Positions 36,977 to 46,759 of a DNA stretch of 64,000 nt are shown piece by piece (position 1 is the stretch's first letter; each line of letters opens with the position of its first letter). A program made the position numbers and the translations under genes. The notes beneath the pieces are model-generated. The model did no database searches, had not been told where the DNA came from, and saw only the letters and a list, made by a program, of their open reading frames with translations. This DNA is from a virus. The DNA lies in IMG/VR virus record IMGVR_UViG_3300025117_000049, positions 1-64,000 of that record. One strand, 5' to 3'.

Positions 36977-37780
36977 ATGTTATTGATTGATATGAATAAT
37001 CTATGCATGCGAGAGGCATTCGCCAAGGCCGGCCTGACCCACCACGGCCGACCCAGCGGAGTCATATATGGGTCACTCCAACAGCTCCGATTGCTTATGG
37101 GCCGTTTCCCGGGCGAGATCATATGCTGCTGGGATGCCCCTCGCAAATCCCTGCGCCGGAGACAATTCTGGGCTGGATACAAGGCTAATCGTGAAGGCAA
37201 GGAACCATCAGAGGCTGCTGAGGACGCATATCCCCAGATGGTTATGCTGAGGCAAGAACTGCTACCCCGCTTGGGCCTGCCCAACCAATTCCTGCAGGAT
37301 GGCTATGAAGCGGATGATTTAATAGCCTATATGGCCAGAGAATCGTTTTATTGGGTTGACGGGCACAGGTTCGTCATTGCCTCTTCGGACAACGACCTGT
37401 ACCAACTACTGGGCCCACGGATTTCCGTCTATGATTTGGGGAAAAAAGCCAACTACAGTTGGCAGAATCTGAAAGAAAACCATGGGGTATTGCCGGGCCA
37501 ATGGGCGGAGGTCAAAGCCATTGCCGGAGATTCCTCTGATGGGATTGATGGCGTGCCTGGAGTTGGGATCAAGACGGCGGTGAAATATCTTCATGGGCAG
37601 GCAGGAGCCAAGGCAGTGGCCAAGGTCCAGGCCGCTACCGACATTATAGTCCGCAACCGCAAATTGATAATCCTGCCTTGGCCTGGTTGCGATCCTGGTC
37701 CGGTTCAGACCTCTCAATTTGATGAGCGGGAGTTCATGCGGATCTGTGCCGAGTGGGGGATCAGGAGTTTAGATAGATAA
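36977..37780 (+). CDS. 5'-3' exonuclease / flap endonuclease
   Basis: LLID, YKANR, EADD, SSDNDL, GDSSDGIDGVPGVGIKTA. Confidence 0.92.
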   Translation: MLLIDMNNLCMREAFAKAGLTHHGRPSGVIYGSLQQLRLLMGRFPGEIICCWDAPRKSLRRRQFWAGYKANREGKEPSEAAEDAYPQMVMLRQELLPRLGLPNQFLQDGYEADDLIAYMARESFYWVDGHRFVIASSDNDLYQLLGPRISVYDLGKKANYSWQNLKENHGVLPGQWAEVKAIAGDSSDGIDGVPGVGIKTAVKYLHGQAGAKAVAKVQAATDIIVRNRKLIILPWPGCDPGPVQTSQFDEREFMRICAEWGIRSLDR

Positions 37781-37781
37781 G

Positions 37782-39299
37782 ATGTCCTCTGCCCAACCCC
37801 AACCAACACCCCAGCTCCCCAGTGAAGGTGAATTACTTCGGGAGTTGTGCAATCGCAGCTTCCATCGCTTCCTCCGGGAGTTCTGGTCTACAATCTGCCA
37901 TGACCAATTCCAGGACAACTGGCATATCCAATATCTCTGCAAAGAACTCCAACAGGTGGCCGAGCGGGTGGCCAACAGGGAACCAAACCCGTTTGATCTG
38001 ATCATTAATGTCCCGCCTGGCACTACCAAGAGTATTGTCTGCTCGGTAATGTTCCCGGTCTGGTGCTGGACCAAGTGGCCATGGATGCGTTTCTTGACCT
38101 TCAGCTACAACCAGCAGGTGGCCATCAAGTCTGCCGACGGTTCCAAAAAGATCATTGAGTCAAGACTATTTCAGTCAGTCTACCCGGATATCCGCCTGCG
38201 CAAGGGCAAGGAGGGTGTGACTGACTATGAGATCAGCATCCTTGGTCAATATGGCTGGGACCCGGCCGGTGGCGGTAGGTTCAGTTCATCCGTGGGTGGT
38301 TCAGGCACGGCCTTTCATGGGGACATCCTGATACCGGACGATCCCCTGAACGCAGAACAATCGTTTAGCTCACAGGAGTTGATGACTACCAACAGGTGGG
38401 TGGACCAGACGTTGCCCACACGCAAGACGAACAAGGCTGTATCAGCCACTATATGGATTCAGCAGCGGCTTCATGAGATCGACCCGTCTGGCCATTTACT
38501 ATCCAAAAAGAAATTGAAGATCAAACATATCTGCCTGCCGGCCGACATCTCTGATCCATTATATGCCAACCTGGTTAGCCCTCCCGAACTGAAGCAATAT
38601 TACAAGGACGGCCTGCTGGACCCAGTGCGTCTGGATCGCCAGACCATTCAGGACCTGGAGGAACGCCTGGGCCAATACGGAGCAGCCGCCCAGCTTGGCC
38701 AGAATCCCTCTCCGCCGGAAGGGGGTATGTTCAAAGTCGACCGCTTTGTGATGGTTGATCGTATGCCGCCCGATGTTAGCGTGATCAAGACCGTCCGCTA
38801 CTGGGATAAGGCAGGAACTGATCCAACCAAAGAGAAAAACCAGGAGCCCGCCTACACCGTGGGGGTCAAGATGTCTTTGATCGCCAATGGAAAGTACCTG
38901 GTGTCGGATGTGGTTCGTGGCCGCTGGTCGGCTGAGGATCGAGAGGACATGATCCTGGCCACGGCCCAGGCAGACGGCAAGGACGTGGAGGTATGGACTG
39001 AGCAGGAGCCCGGTTCTGGAGGAAAGGAATCAGCTGAATTTACTGTGCGCAACCTGGCTGGGTTCTCCATCAGGGCGGAGCGGCCTGTGGGTAACAAGGT
39101 GGCCCGGGCTGATACGTTCTCTGTCCAGGTGAATCGCTACAATGTCATGCTGCTTAAAGGAGAGTGGAATCAGGAGTTCAAGGGCGAATATGGGTTCTTC
39201 CCCAATAGCAAGTTCAAGGATCAGGTGGATGCTGGGGCTGGGGCGTTTGGTAAGCTGGCGGTGCGCAAGCAGGTTCGGCTGTTGAGTCGGAGTAGATGA
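37782..39299 (+). CDS. terL: terminase large subunit
   Basis: INVPPGTTKS, LIPDDP, QRLHEIDPSG, RYWDKA, DQVDA. Confidence 0.95.
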   Translation: MSSAQPQPTPQLPSEGELLRELCNRSFHRFLREFWSTICHDQFQDNWHIQYLCKELQQVAERVANREPNPFDLIINVPPGTTKSIVCSVMFPVWCWTKWPWMRFLTFSYNQQVAIKSADGSKKIIESRLFQSVYPDIRLRKGKEGVTDYEISILGQYGWDPAGGGRFSSSVGGSGTAFHGDILIPDDPLNAEQSFSSQELMTTNRWVDQTLPTRKTNKAVSATIWIQQRLHEIDPSGHLLSKKKLKIKHICLPADISDPLYANLVSPPELKQYYKDGLLDPVRLDRQTIQDLEERLGQYGAAAQLGQNPSPPEGGMFKVDRFVMVDRMPPDVSVIKTVRYWDKAGTDPTKEKNQEPAYTVGVKMSLIANGKYLVSDVVRGRWSAEDREDMILATAQADGKDVEVWTEQEPGSGGKESAEFTVRNLAGFSIRAERPVGNKVARADTFSVQVNRYNVMLLKGEWNQEFKGEYGFFPNSKFKDQVDAGAGAFGKLAVRKQVRLLSRSR

Positions 39300-39317
39300 C
39301 ATGAAGCGAGGAAAATT

Positions 39318-39542
39318 ATGACCATGTATCATGAACCCATATTGGGTAAACCGGGACCGGTAGAAAAACCCATTTGCGTAGTTTGTAGCGGTGTTTTACA
39401 ACCAAAGATGAAAACAGTTTTTAATCATTTCATGGGGCCTCCCATTATTGGACCAGGCAGTCGAGAGCAATATGATACTATCCAAGATGGGTGGACTTGT
39501 CAAAAATGTGGACTTCATTATGATTTTCCTCCTCAGAAATAG
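39318..39542 (+). CDS. small zinc-ribbon protein
   Basis: CVVC...CQKC. Confidence 0.55.
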   Translation: MTMYHEPILGKPGPVEKPICVVCSGVLQPKMKTVFNHFMGPPIIGPGSREQYDTIQDGWTCQKCGLHYDFPPQK

Positions 39543-39566
39543 AAGTTAAGACGAACGATGATTTTG

Positions 39567-39602
39567 GGCCGGGGCCATCAACAACCCCGGCCAATTTTTT
39601 TA
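39567..39602 (+). terminator. intrinsic terminator
   Basis: GGCCGGGG-N10-CCCCGGCC followed by a T run. Confidence 0.75.
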
Positions 39603-39603
39603 T

Positions 39604-39633
39604 TTAGGGGTTTTGGCCCGGAATATTTATAAT
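39604..39633 (+). promoter_or_regulatory. phage-specific promoter motif
   Basis: TTAGGGGTTT-N10-TATTTATAAT. Confidence 0.75.
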
Positions 39634-39687
39634 TAATTCAACAAGAGGGCCGAGCCCAATGAACCCCCCGGATGAACCCTGACTAAG

Positions 39688-40335
39688 ATGGAAGATAAAC
39701 GATCAGGACTGCATATTTATCGCAGCGGATATGCAGAATATTCTAATCCTTGCCACAACCCTGCTGGGCCTGGCGGTGGACAGTTCTGTGGGGGTGGGAG
39801 TGAGGGCAGGAGAAATTCAAATTCATCTGAATGGAAGCCATCTATGACTAAGGCCGAGGCTGAGAAATTTATTGAGGGGAGCAAATATACAGACAATGTT
39901 TATCATATGACTCTTTCGAAAGATACGGCCAAATCTATTGCTAAAAACGGGTTTGATCTTGAACGGGTTGTGTATGGACGCATGTGGGGTGATGGTGTTT
40001 ATGCTGCATTAGATGTCAAGAGCGCCAATCTTTATAGACATTCGGGCCGTGTTTCTTTAACAATGAAAATTAAAGTAGAAAATCCATATGTGGTTAAAAA
40101 TGAAAAAGAATTAAACCATTTGATTTATAAATCAGACATAGCAAAAAGAGCTTCACAATTAGAAGGCCCTGGAGTTGGGGCAGGAGCTGCTCTTGCCTTG
40201 GCAATGAAAGAAAAAGGGCACGACTCTTTTATTATTGATATGAGAGGTGGTCCTCGTTATGGAGGCCTTGAACAACGGGGCGGAAATCAGATTGTAGTTT
40301 TTGATCCTAAAAAAGTGGTGGTGATTAAAAAATGA
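39688..40335 (+). CDS. NPCH-tagged ADP-ribosyltransferase-like protein (H-Y clade)
   Basis: VYHMT...IAKNGF...WGDGVYAA...QIVVFDP after SNPCHNPAGPGGGQFC. Confidence 0.7.
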   Translation: MEDKRSGLHIYRSGYAEYSNPCHNPAGPGGGQFCGGGSEGRRNSNSSEWKPSMTKAEAEKFIEGSKYTDNVYHMTLSKDTAKSIAKNGFDLERVVYGRMWGDGVYAALDVKSANLYRHSGRVSLTMKIKVENPYVVKNEKELNHLIYKSDIAKRASQLEGPGVGAGAALALAMKEKGHDSFIIDMRGGPRYGGLEQRGGNQIVVFDPKKVVVIKK

Positions 40336-40535
40336 GCCAGCAAAAAGGCTGTCCAACTTGTACTCATGTCGAAGGAATAACAGGAAAATGCAAAGCCTTT
40401 CCTAATGGCATTCCTGTGGTATTCACTTCTGGCCAATTCCTTCATGACAAGGTAGTTGAAGGACAGGTCGGTGATTTTGTTTATCAAAAAGCCCCTCAAC
40501 AAACCTATCAAGTATATCGGGTTCCTCAGGAGTAG
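40332..40535 (+). CDS. small Cys protein, candidate partner/immunity
   Basis: CPTCTH...CKAFPNGIP...GQFLH; coupled to the ART gene. Confidence 0.65.
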   Translation: MSQQKGCPTCTHVEGITGKCKAFPNGIPVVFTSGQFLHDKVVEGQVGDFVYQKAPQQTYQVYRVPQE

Positions 40536-40538
40536 TAT

Positions 40539-40685
40539 ATGGCTGCCAACCCCACCCCATTGAAGAAACCGACCGCCCATGGCGCCCAGGTGTCCAACAT
40601 TTTGGAACTCATGGCCAACTCCGCCATCCTGACCCGTGCCCAGCTCGCCTCCAACCTGGGGCTTGCTTTCGGCGGGAAAATTTGA
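40539..40685 (+). pseudogene. stranded 5' stub of the portal gene (48 aa)
   Basis: HGAQVSNILELMANSAILTRAQLASNLG vs portal YGAKVNNIFELAAYSAILGRAQLASVLG; AGGAG RBS. Confidence 0.85.
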
Positions 40686-40688
40686 CCC

Positions 40689-41618
40689 ATGGCTAAGAGA
40701 ATTGCCTATGATACTCCTGCTCCAAAGCCTCAGTGTCAAGATTCCTTGAGAACAGATTTCTATCTCTATTTCTTGAGGCGGCCCGATAAAATCGATCCTC
40801 TTGATCTGTCCAAGGGTCAGCCATTCTATGTCGGCAAGGGCTGTAATGGGAGAGTTGGAGGGCATAGAGTCGAAGCGAGAAGCTTATTGCATAAACCTGG
40901 TAGAAAATCACATAAAATTAATATCATTCATAAACTATGGAAACAAGGTTTAGATTTTCAGGAAGATATTATTCTTAACTGCTTATCAGATGATGATGCT
41001 ATTGCTTTAGAAATTGCTGCTATCGAACAATATGGTCGTAAAGACAATGGCACAGGTATATTGGCCAACCTGACTGATGGTGGAGAGGGAGTATCTGGGC
41101 GGTTAGGTTTAATTATGACTTCTGAAGCAAAAGAGAGAATGAGAGTAGCAAAATTAGGCAAAAAATTACCTCCATTTTCAGAAGGACACAAAGAGAAAAT
41201 AAGACAAGCCAATTTAAGGGAAAATCTTTCTCCGGAAACTCTTGAAAAGAGAAGCAAGGCCCATTTAGGAAAAAAACTTACGCCAGAACATGTAGAAAAA
41301 ATGAGACAAACTCTAAAGGGGCGTAAACGTTCTCCAGAAGCAGTTGAAAAAACAAGGCAAGCAAATTTAGGAAGACCTTGCTCTCCTGAGAAAAAAGAGA
41401 AGCTAAGACAAGCCAACCTCGGAAAAAAACATAGTCCAGAAAGAATCGAAAGAAATAGACAAATCCAGCTTATAGTGCAAAATACCCCAGAGGCAATAGA
41501 AAGAAATAGACAAGCTCATTTAGGAAAGAGACACACTCCTGAAACAAAAGAGAAGTTAAGACAGATTCAATTGTTACGCCGCCAGCGAGAAAGGGAGGCC
41601 AGGAATGGCAGTCAATAA
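40689..41618 (+). mobile_element. free-standing GIY-YIG-like homing endonuclease with NUMOD3-like repeats
   Basis: FYLYFLRRPDK...PFYVGKG, NLTDGGEG, many S/TPE..EK.RQA.LG repeats. Confidence 0.85.
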
Positions 41619-43812
41619 AAAGAAAGAATATGGAGCTAAGGTGAATAATATTTTTGAATTAGCTGCTTATTCGGCTATTCTTGGAAGAGCACAGTTAGCT
41701 TCTGTTTTGGGACAATCTTTTGAAGGGTCACGCGATATTTACCAAGCACTGGGATACGATACTCAGATTTCATGGCAACAATATGTGGGTCAATATGCTA
41801 GACAAGGTTTTGCTAAAGCTGTTATCGATCGCCCTGTTGCTTCTACATGGGGTCGAGGCTTTCAGTTAGTCGAGGCTGGCGATGATGAAGAGACACAATT
41901 AGAAAAGGCCTGGAAAGACCTGGAAAAACGCTTGGGCATGATCTCTATGTTTTCCCGTTTAGATCGTCTTGCAGGATTGGGCACTTATGGCATATTATTG
42001 TTAGGTTTGTCTGATGTGTCTACTCCACAGGACTTCCGCAAGCCAACAACGGGCCGAAGCCTTCAGCTCAAGTATGTTAAACCATTCTCGGGCATGGCTA
42101 ACGAAGGGGATGCCCAAATACAGACTTGGGTTACAGATCCATCTAATGAGCGCTACGGTCGTCCGGAACTATACAGCGTTACCCTTCGCAATCTATCCAC
42201 TGGCGATTCTCAGATATTGTCTATTCATTACAGCCGAGTGATTCATGTAGCCGATGGATTAGGCAGCTCTGAGATCGAAGGTACGCCGCGTCTTGAATCA
42301 ATTTTTAACAATCTCAAAAACCTAGAGAAGATCACTGGCGGTTCGGCAGAGATGTACTGGCGTGGTGCCCGTCCCGGCTATGGTCTGGAGGCTGACAAGG
42401 ACTTCCAGATCACCGATGCGATCCTGGAGGATTTGCAAGGCCAGCTTGATGAATTCGAGCATAACCTGCGGCGTGTCCTGGCCCTACAGGGCATGAAAGT
42501 CAATCCCATGGCCCAGCAGGTGGCGGACCCGGCCTCAGCCGTGGACGTGCAGATCCAGGAGATATCGGCCACCACGGGCATTCCCAAGCGCATCCTGACC
42601 GGCAGTGAGCGTGGCGAGCTGGCCTCCAGCCAGGACCGGGAGAACCAAGCGGACTATATCGAGGACCGCCAGCTGAACTTTGCCGAGCTCAGGATCATCA
42701 GGGCCACGGTGGACAGGTTCATCGAGTTGGGCATCCTGCCCCCGGCTTCCACCGAAGAGGGGTATTCCATCCAGTGGCCAGACACCCGGGAGCCCAGCGA
42801 TAAGGACCGGGCTGATGTGGGCAAGGTCCGGGCCGATGCCATCAAGAGCTATGCTTCGGCGCCCACCGCAGAGGCAGTCATGCCTATCCAGTCGTTCCTC
42901 AGGTTGTGCCTTGGGCTCACAGAGGATGAGATTGTTCTGGTTGAAGAGGAAAAGGCGGCTGTCCAGGCAGAGGAGGAAGCTGAGCAGGCTCAGATGACAG
43001 ACGAAGAGCGAGCCGCCCAGGAAGCTGAGGAGGCTGCTGCTGAAGCTGAGACTAAAAGACAGCAAAGAGAAGAAGTACCTGTAAACCCTAATCAGCCTGT
43101 GGTTCAATCCAATCCATGTCATAATCCAGCTGGTTCTGCGGGAGGTCAATTCTGTACAACTCCTGGCGGTGGTAGCAACAAGGAGCTTTCTGGCAAAGAA
43201 AAAGAATCATTAGTAGCATATCAGCGGACAAATTACCCTGAAGTGAATGGACATCTACGTGGAACCATGAATCTTCATCGCGATGATAAGGCTATAATCA
43301 ATGATTATATTAAGAATCTTGATAGTATCTTTAAAAAAGCAAATGAAGTTGAAGTGAATGTTTTTCGTGGTACTGATGCCGAGTTTACAAGAGGTATTTT
43401 TGAGAAGACAGGGATCCTAAAGGAATTGAAAGGAGCAAAAGTTGAAGGCATCACGAATAGTGATAAGCCGCCTGCGGGGTTTTCCACCTGGGATAAATAT
43501 TTCAATGCAAGATTGAGCGGCACGACCTTCCAGGACAAAGGATTCACTTCTACATCGAGTAAGGAAAAAGTGACCAAGGGATTTGTAAGCCGTCGCTATG
43601 AAGATCCCAGAAACGGGGTGTCTTCTATTTGCAACATCCGGGGAACAGCCAAGGCCATTGATATGAATAAGACCACCGGAGACAAGGTGTTCCGTGATCA
43701 GCACGAGATGCTTCTGAATCGGGGCAATACCTATCGTATAGACAGTGTTAAGGTAGTCCGGGATAACTCGATAAACAAAAGCTATCTGAAGTTTAATGTC
43801 TCTATAATCTGA
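41605..43812 (+). CDS. portal protein (DUF1073-like) fused to a C-terminal VIP2-type ADP-ribosyltransferase
   Basis: YGRPELY, IHYSRVIH, GIPKRILTG...GELAS; C-terminal VFRG...GFTSTS...QHEMLLNRG. Confidence 0.85.
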   Translation: MAVNKKKEYGAKVNNIFELAAYSAILGRAQLASVLGQSFEGSRDIYQALGYDTQISWQQYVGQYARQGFAKAVIDRPVASTWGRGFQLVEAGDDEETQLEKAWKDLEKRLGMISMFSRLDRLAGLGTYGILLLGLSDVSTPQDFRKPTTGRSLQLKYVKPFSGMANEGDAQIQTWVTDPSNERYGRPELYSVTLRNLSTGDSQILSIHYSRVIHVADGLGSSEIEGTPRLESIFNNLKNLEKITGGSAEMYWRGARPGYGLEADKDFQITDAILEDLQGQLDEFEHNLRRVLALQGMKVNPMAQQVADPASAVDVQIQEISATTGIPKRILTGSERGELASSQDRENQADYIEDRQLNFAELRIIRATVDRFIELGILPPASTEEGYSIQWPDTREPSDKDRADVGKVRADAIKSYASAPTAEAVMPIQSFLRLCLGLTEDEIVLVEEEKAAVQAEEEAEQAQMTDEERAAQEAEEAAAEAETKRQQREEVPVNPNQPVVQSNPCHNPAGSAGGQFCTTPGGGSNKELSGKEKESLVAYQRTNYPEVNGHLRGTMNLHRDDKAIINDYIKNLDSIFKKANEVEVNVFRGTDAEFTRGIFEKTGILKELKGAKVEGITNSDKPPAGFSTWDKYFNARLSGTTFQDKGFTSTSSKEKVTKGFVSRRYEDPRNGVSSICNIRGTAKAIDMNKTTGDKVFRDQHEMLLNRGNTYRIDSVKVVRDNSINKSYLKFNVSII

Positions 43813-43820
43813 GGTCATAA

Positions 43821-43952
43821 ATGCCTAATTCTAACCAAAAAGATAAGTTTAGCTGGAAAGGCGGTGATGCGGAGATTATCTCTGTGCCTAAAGAATTGAC
43901 TGAAGAAGAATATGATAAAAAAGCAGCTAAGGAAAAAGAAAAACCGGAATGA
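43821..43952 (+). CDS. small protein (43 aa) after the portal-ART, candidate immunity
   Basis: GAGG RBS; MPNSNQKDKFSWKGGDAEIISVP. Confidence 0.55.
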   Translation: MPNSNQKDKFSWKGGDAEIISVPKELTEEEYDKKAAKEKEKPE

Positions 43953-44128
43953 CCGCCACCGTCCTCCCCATCAAACCCAACTCCCACACCCATGAACGCC
44001 TGCGCCGCCAACGCCAGGAGGCCAGGGATCGCATTATCGCTAAGATTGGCATGCGCATGGAGGATTCTCCGCTGTTTGAAGAGGAACTGCGCATGATGGC
44101 CTATGAAGAGAGCTTGAAATCCAGATGA
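43949..44128 (+). CDS. small hypothetical protein (59 aa)
   Basis: ATGA-coupled to both neighbours. Confidence 0.45.
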   Translation: MTATVLPIKPNSHTHERLRRQRQEARDRIIAKIGMRMEDSPLFEEELRMMAYEESLKSR

Positions 44129-46695
44129 AAACCCTGCCTTTCAAATCGCTCCAGTCCACTACCTACAAATCCCTTGGGATGCGGCCGGCCAAGAAATTGA
44201 CTGTGTTATCCAACCCCTGCCATGATGAGCAAGGGAGGTTTTGTAATACGACAAGTCAGAGCGGCGAAAGCACTGTTTCAAAATCAGAAAAAGAACTTAT
44301 GTCAAAACTTAAAAGAGCAAAGGATCATGGGAAGAAAGATAAGATATTTTATGATGCAAATTTAAGCAAGGAAGATAGTGATCGCCTGGTTATGGCTATG
44401 ATTACTACGGTTCCTAAAGGTCAGTATAAACTACATAGTAGAGAATATGGCGTAAATATTCGTGATGTCATTTATGACATGTATGGAAATATGCCATCTA
44501 ATATTCTATCTGAATCAGTGTTATTAGGGGCAAGCATAAGATACCCCAAGAAAGTTCGGGCTACATTTACTCATGACATGGATAAACTCACTGTCTTATC
44601 AGAAAATGTTCTATCTGCCCACACCCAGCCAAAGCCCAAACCCGGCTCCAAGCCCCGCCTCGTCAAAATCAACGGCCTGCTGGCCCACCAGGCATCATCC
44701 AGGATTGACCCCACCAGGACCACAGGCCTCAGGAACCGTTGGGCTGCCGAGATGGGCCGCCGGTTTACTGCCCTGAGACGGCTGATATGGAAGACCATCG
44801 TTGATGACGATTGCTTCGGGATCGGTCCTGCCTATGAGATGTATCGGCCGGCTGCGTATAGCAACCCTTGCCATGATGAACAAGGGAGGTTTTGTTCGAC
44901 TGGTGGAGGGAGCGACCAAGCTGGTGGTATCATGAAGATGTTCCATGGTACTTCATCTGATTACATTGATTCAATTAAAGAACATGGATTAATTCCAGGC
45001 AAGACCCAAGGAGGAGATTCTTGGGCTGCTAAACAGGGATGGAATGATTGTATCTCTGAAATAGGAAGTCAGAAAGTCTCTGTTTACATGACCAATAAAT
45101 TAAGGATAGCAGATCAATATGCTAGGTATGCCGCTGAAATGTCTGGTGGGGTTCCAGTAATATTAGAGGTCGTAGTCCCAAAGTCGTTTATTGGAAAGCT
45201 GTCAAAAGACGAAAAAGATTCTGATGCGATTAAATTCAATGGAAAAATTAAGCCTGATTGGATAACCAGAATTATTAGTCAAAGTGAAGTTAGCCCTCCT
45301 CTTGAAGGTCCATCTATAGTAATCCGCAAAAAGAGTAGAATGATATCATTAAGCCAAGACCAATCGAAGGTTTTTTATATTGCCACCATTGTAGATAACC
45401 AACCTGTCTCCACCACCCACACCCTATCCACCCCAATAATCCACATTAAATTCGACTTCCCTCGTCTGGAGGACAAGATTCCAGCCTTCATGCAATGGCT
45501 CCAGCAACAGCAAGACGAGGGCATACTGGAGCTGGTCACCCTGCCCCGCATGGGCCAATCCCTGGGCGAACCGTGGACGAATATGTTTGTTAAGGATAGC
45601 TACGAGCGCGGGGTCATCCGTGCCCGTGAGCAATTGATGTCCGCCGGTTATGGCACCCCTGGTCTAGGGGCTGGGGAGTTGCCGTTGCTGGGCTTACCAG
45701 GTATGACCTCCGGAGTGCTTGCAAACCCCTTCCACGTCGATCGTCTCGCCTCAGTGTACCTTCGGGCCTACGATGGCCTTAAAGGGATTTCAAATGCAAT
45801 GTCTATGCAGATATCGCATGTGCTGGCCCAGGGCCTTGCTGACGGGGACAATCCTATCACTCTGGCCAAGAAGATGAACTACGTCATCTCAGGCATGGGC
45901 AAGGATATGGGTATCACCGATTCGTTGGGCAGGTTCATCCCAGCCGAGCGCCGGGCCAAGATGCTGGCTAGGACGGAGGTGATAAGAAGTCATGCACAAG
46001 CCCAATTGCAGGAATTTAAGGTATGGGGTGTAGCCGGAGTCGATGTGGTTGCTGAATGGGTAACGGCCGGCTTCAATGTCTGTCCTCAATGTCAGGATAA
46101 ATCCCGGCAAGGACCATACACGATTGAGCAAGCATGGAACCTGATACCTTTCCATCCCCATTGCCGATGTTGTTGGGTCGCAAAACCTAGGAATGAACTT
46201 TATGTCCATTCCAACCCCTGCCATGATGAGCGGGGCCGGTTTTGTTCGACTGGTGGCGGAAGCGGAGGGGCAACCGTCAGGACATTCTTAACTCCCGAAA
46301 CTGCAGAAGAATTCCTAAATAGTGATGCTCGTGATGTAGGCATATTTAATTTGTATTCTGATCGTTGGCTGCGTAGCTCAGACGGCGAGGCCAAGGAATA
46401 TGCCTATGAGGTGGCCAGGAACAGCGTGATGTTGCAGAGGGCACTTCAGGTTGAACACTTCAAATCCCAAGACCTTCCGGAGCAGGTTGATTTATATCGT
46501 GTAGGGCCTGCCCATGGAGGACAAGGGTCAGTGGTTTCTTTTTGGCCCAGTAAGAGTGCCGCTGAATCATATCAAGAAGGATTTAGGATCGAATCGATTC
46601 ATAAATATCAAGCACCATTGGATAGCGTGGTTCCAAGCAGGAGTGGTGCTGGAGAATTATGGGCCAATGTTAATGAGATAAGACAGGTTGATTAA
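44125..46695 (+). CDS. MuF (minor head) protein with three inserted cargo domains
   Basis: DPTRT, RAKMLARTE, VCPQC, PFHPHCRC core; three SNPCHDE(Q/R)GRFC motifs. Confidence 0.88.
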   Translation: MKTLPFKSLQSTTYKSLGMRPAKKLTVLSNPCHDEQGRFCNTTSQSGESTVSKSEKELMSKLKRAKDHGKKDKIFYDANLSKEDSDRLVMAMITTVPKGQYKLHSREYGVNIRDVIYDMYGNMPSNILSESVLLGASIRYPKKVRATFTHDMDKLTVLSENVLSAHTQPKPKPGSKPRLVKINGLLAHQASSRIDPTRTTGLRNRWAAEMGRRFTALRRLIWKTIVDDDCFGIGPAYEMYRPAAYSNPCHDEQGRFCSTGGGSDQAGGIMKMFHGTSSDYIDSIKEHGLIPGKTQGGDSWAAKQGWNDCISEIGSQKVSVYMTNKLRIADQYARYAAEMSGGVPVILEVVVPKSFIGKLSKDEKDSDAIKFNGKIKPDWITRIISQSEVSPPLEGPSIVIRKKSRMISLSQDQSKVFYIATIVDNQPVSTTHTLSTPIIHIKFDFPRLEDKIPAFMQWLQQQQDEGILELVTLPRMGQSLGEPWTNMFVKDSYERGVIRAREQLMSAGYGTPGLGAGELPLLGLPGMTSGVLANPFHVDRLASVYLRAYDGLKGISNAMSMQISHVLAQGLADGDNPITLAKKMNYVISGMGKDMGITDSLGRFIPAERRAKMLARTEVIRSHAQAQLQEFKVWGVAGVDVVAEWVTAGFNVCPQCQDKSRQGPYTIEQAWNLIPFHPHCRCCWVAKPRNELYVHSNPCHDERGRFCSTGGGSGGATVRTFLTPETAEEFLNSDARDVGIFNLYSDRWLRSSDGEAKEYAYEVARNSVMLQRALQVEHFKSQDLPEQVDLYRVGPAHGGQGSVVSFWPSKSAAESYQEGFRIESIHKYQAPLDSVVPSRSGAGELWANVNEIRQVD

Positions 46696-46720
46696 CAACC
46701 ACCCTCCCAAAAAATAAATA

Positions 46721-46750
46721 TTAGGGGTTTTGGGCCAGAATATTTATATT
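46721..46750 (+). promoter_or_regulatory. phage-specific promoter motif
   Basis: TTAGGGGTTT-N10-TATTTATATT. Confidence 0.7.
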
Positions 46751-46759
46751 TAATTCAAC

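Noticed and set aside
1-39299. Inteins in DnaE, the helicases or TerL
   Set aside because: No splice-junction motifs or extra length seen in the visible parts; the helicase insert is short and Cys-rich.
41130-41570. Tandem repeats resembling an array
   Set aside because: Coding NUMOD3-like repeats of the endonuclease; no CRISPR repeat-spacer structure seen anywhere in the window.
13545-41618. Group I introns around the three endonucleases
   Set aside because: There is no room for an intron core: each ORF abuts or overlaps its neighbours, and the downstream genes have their own starts.
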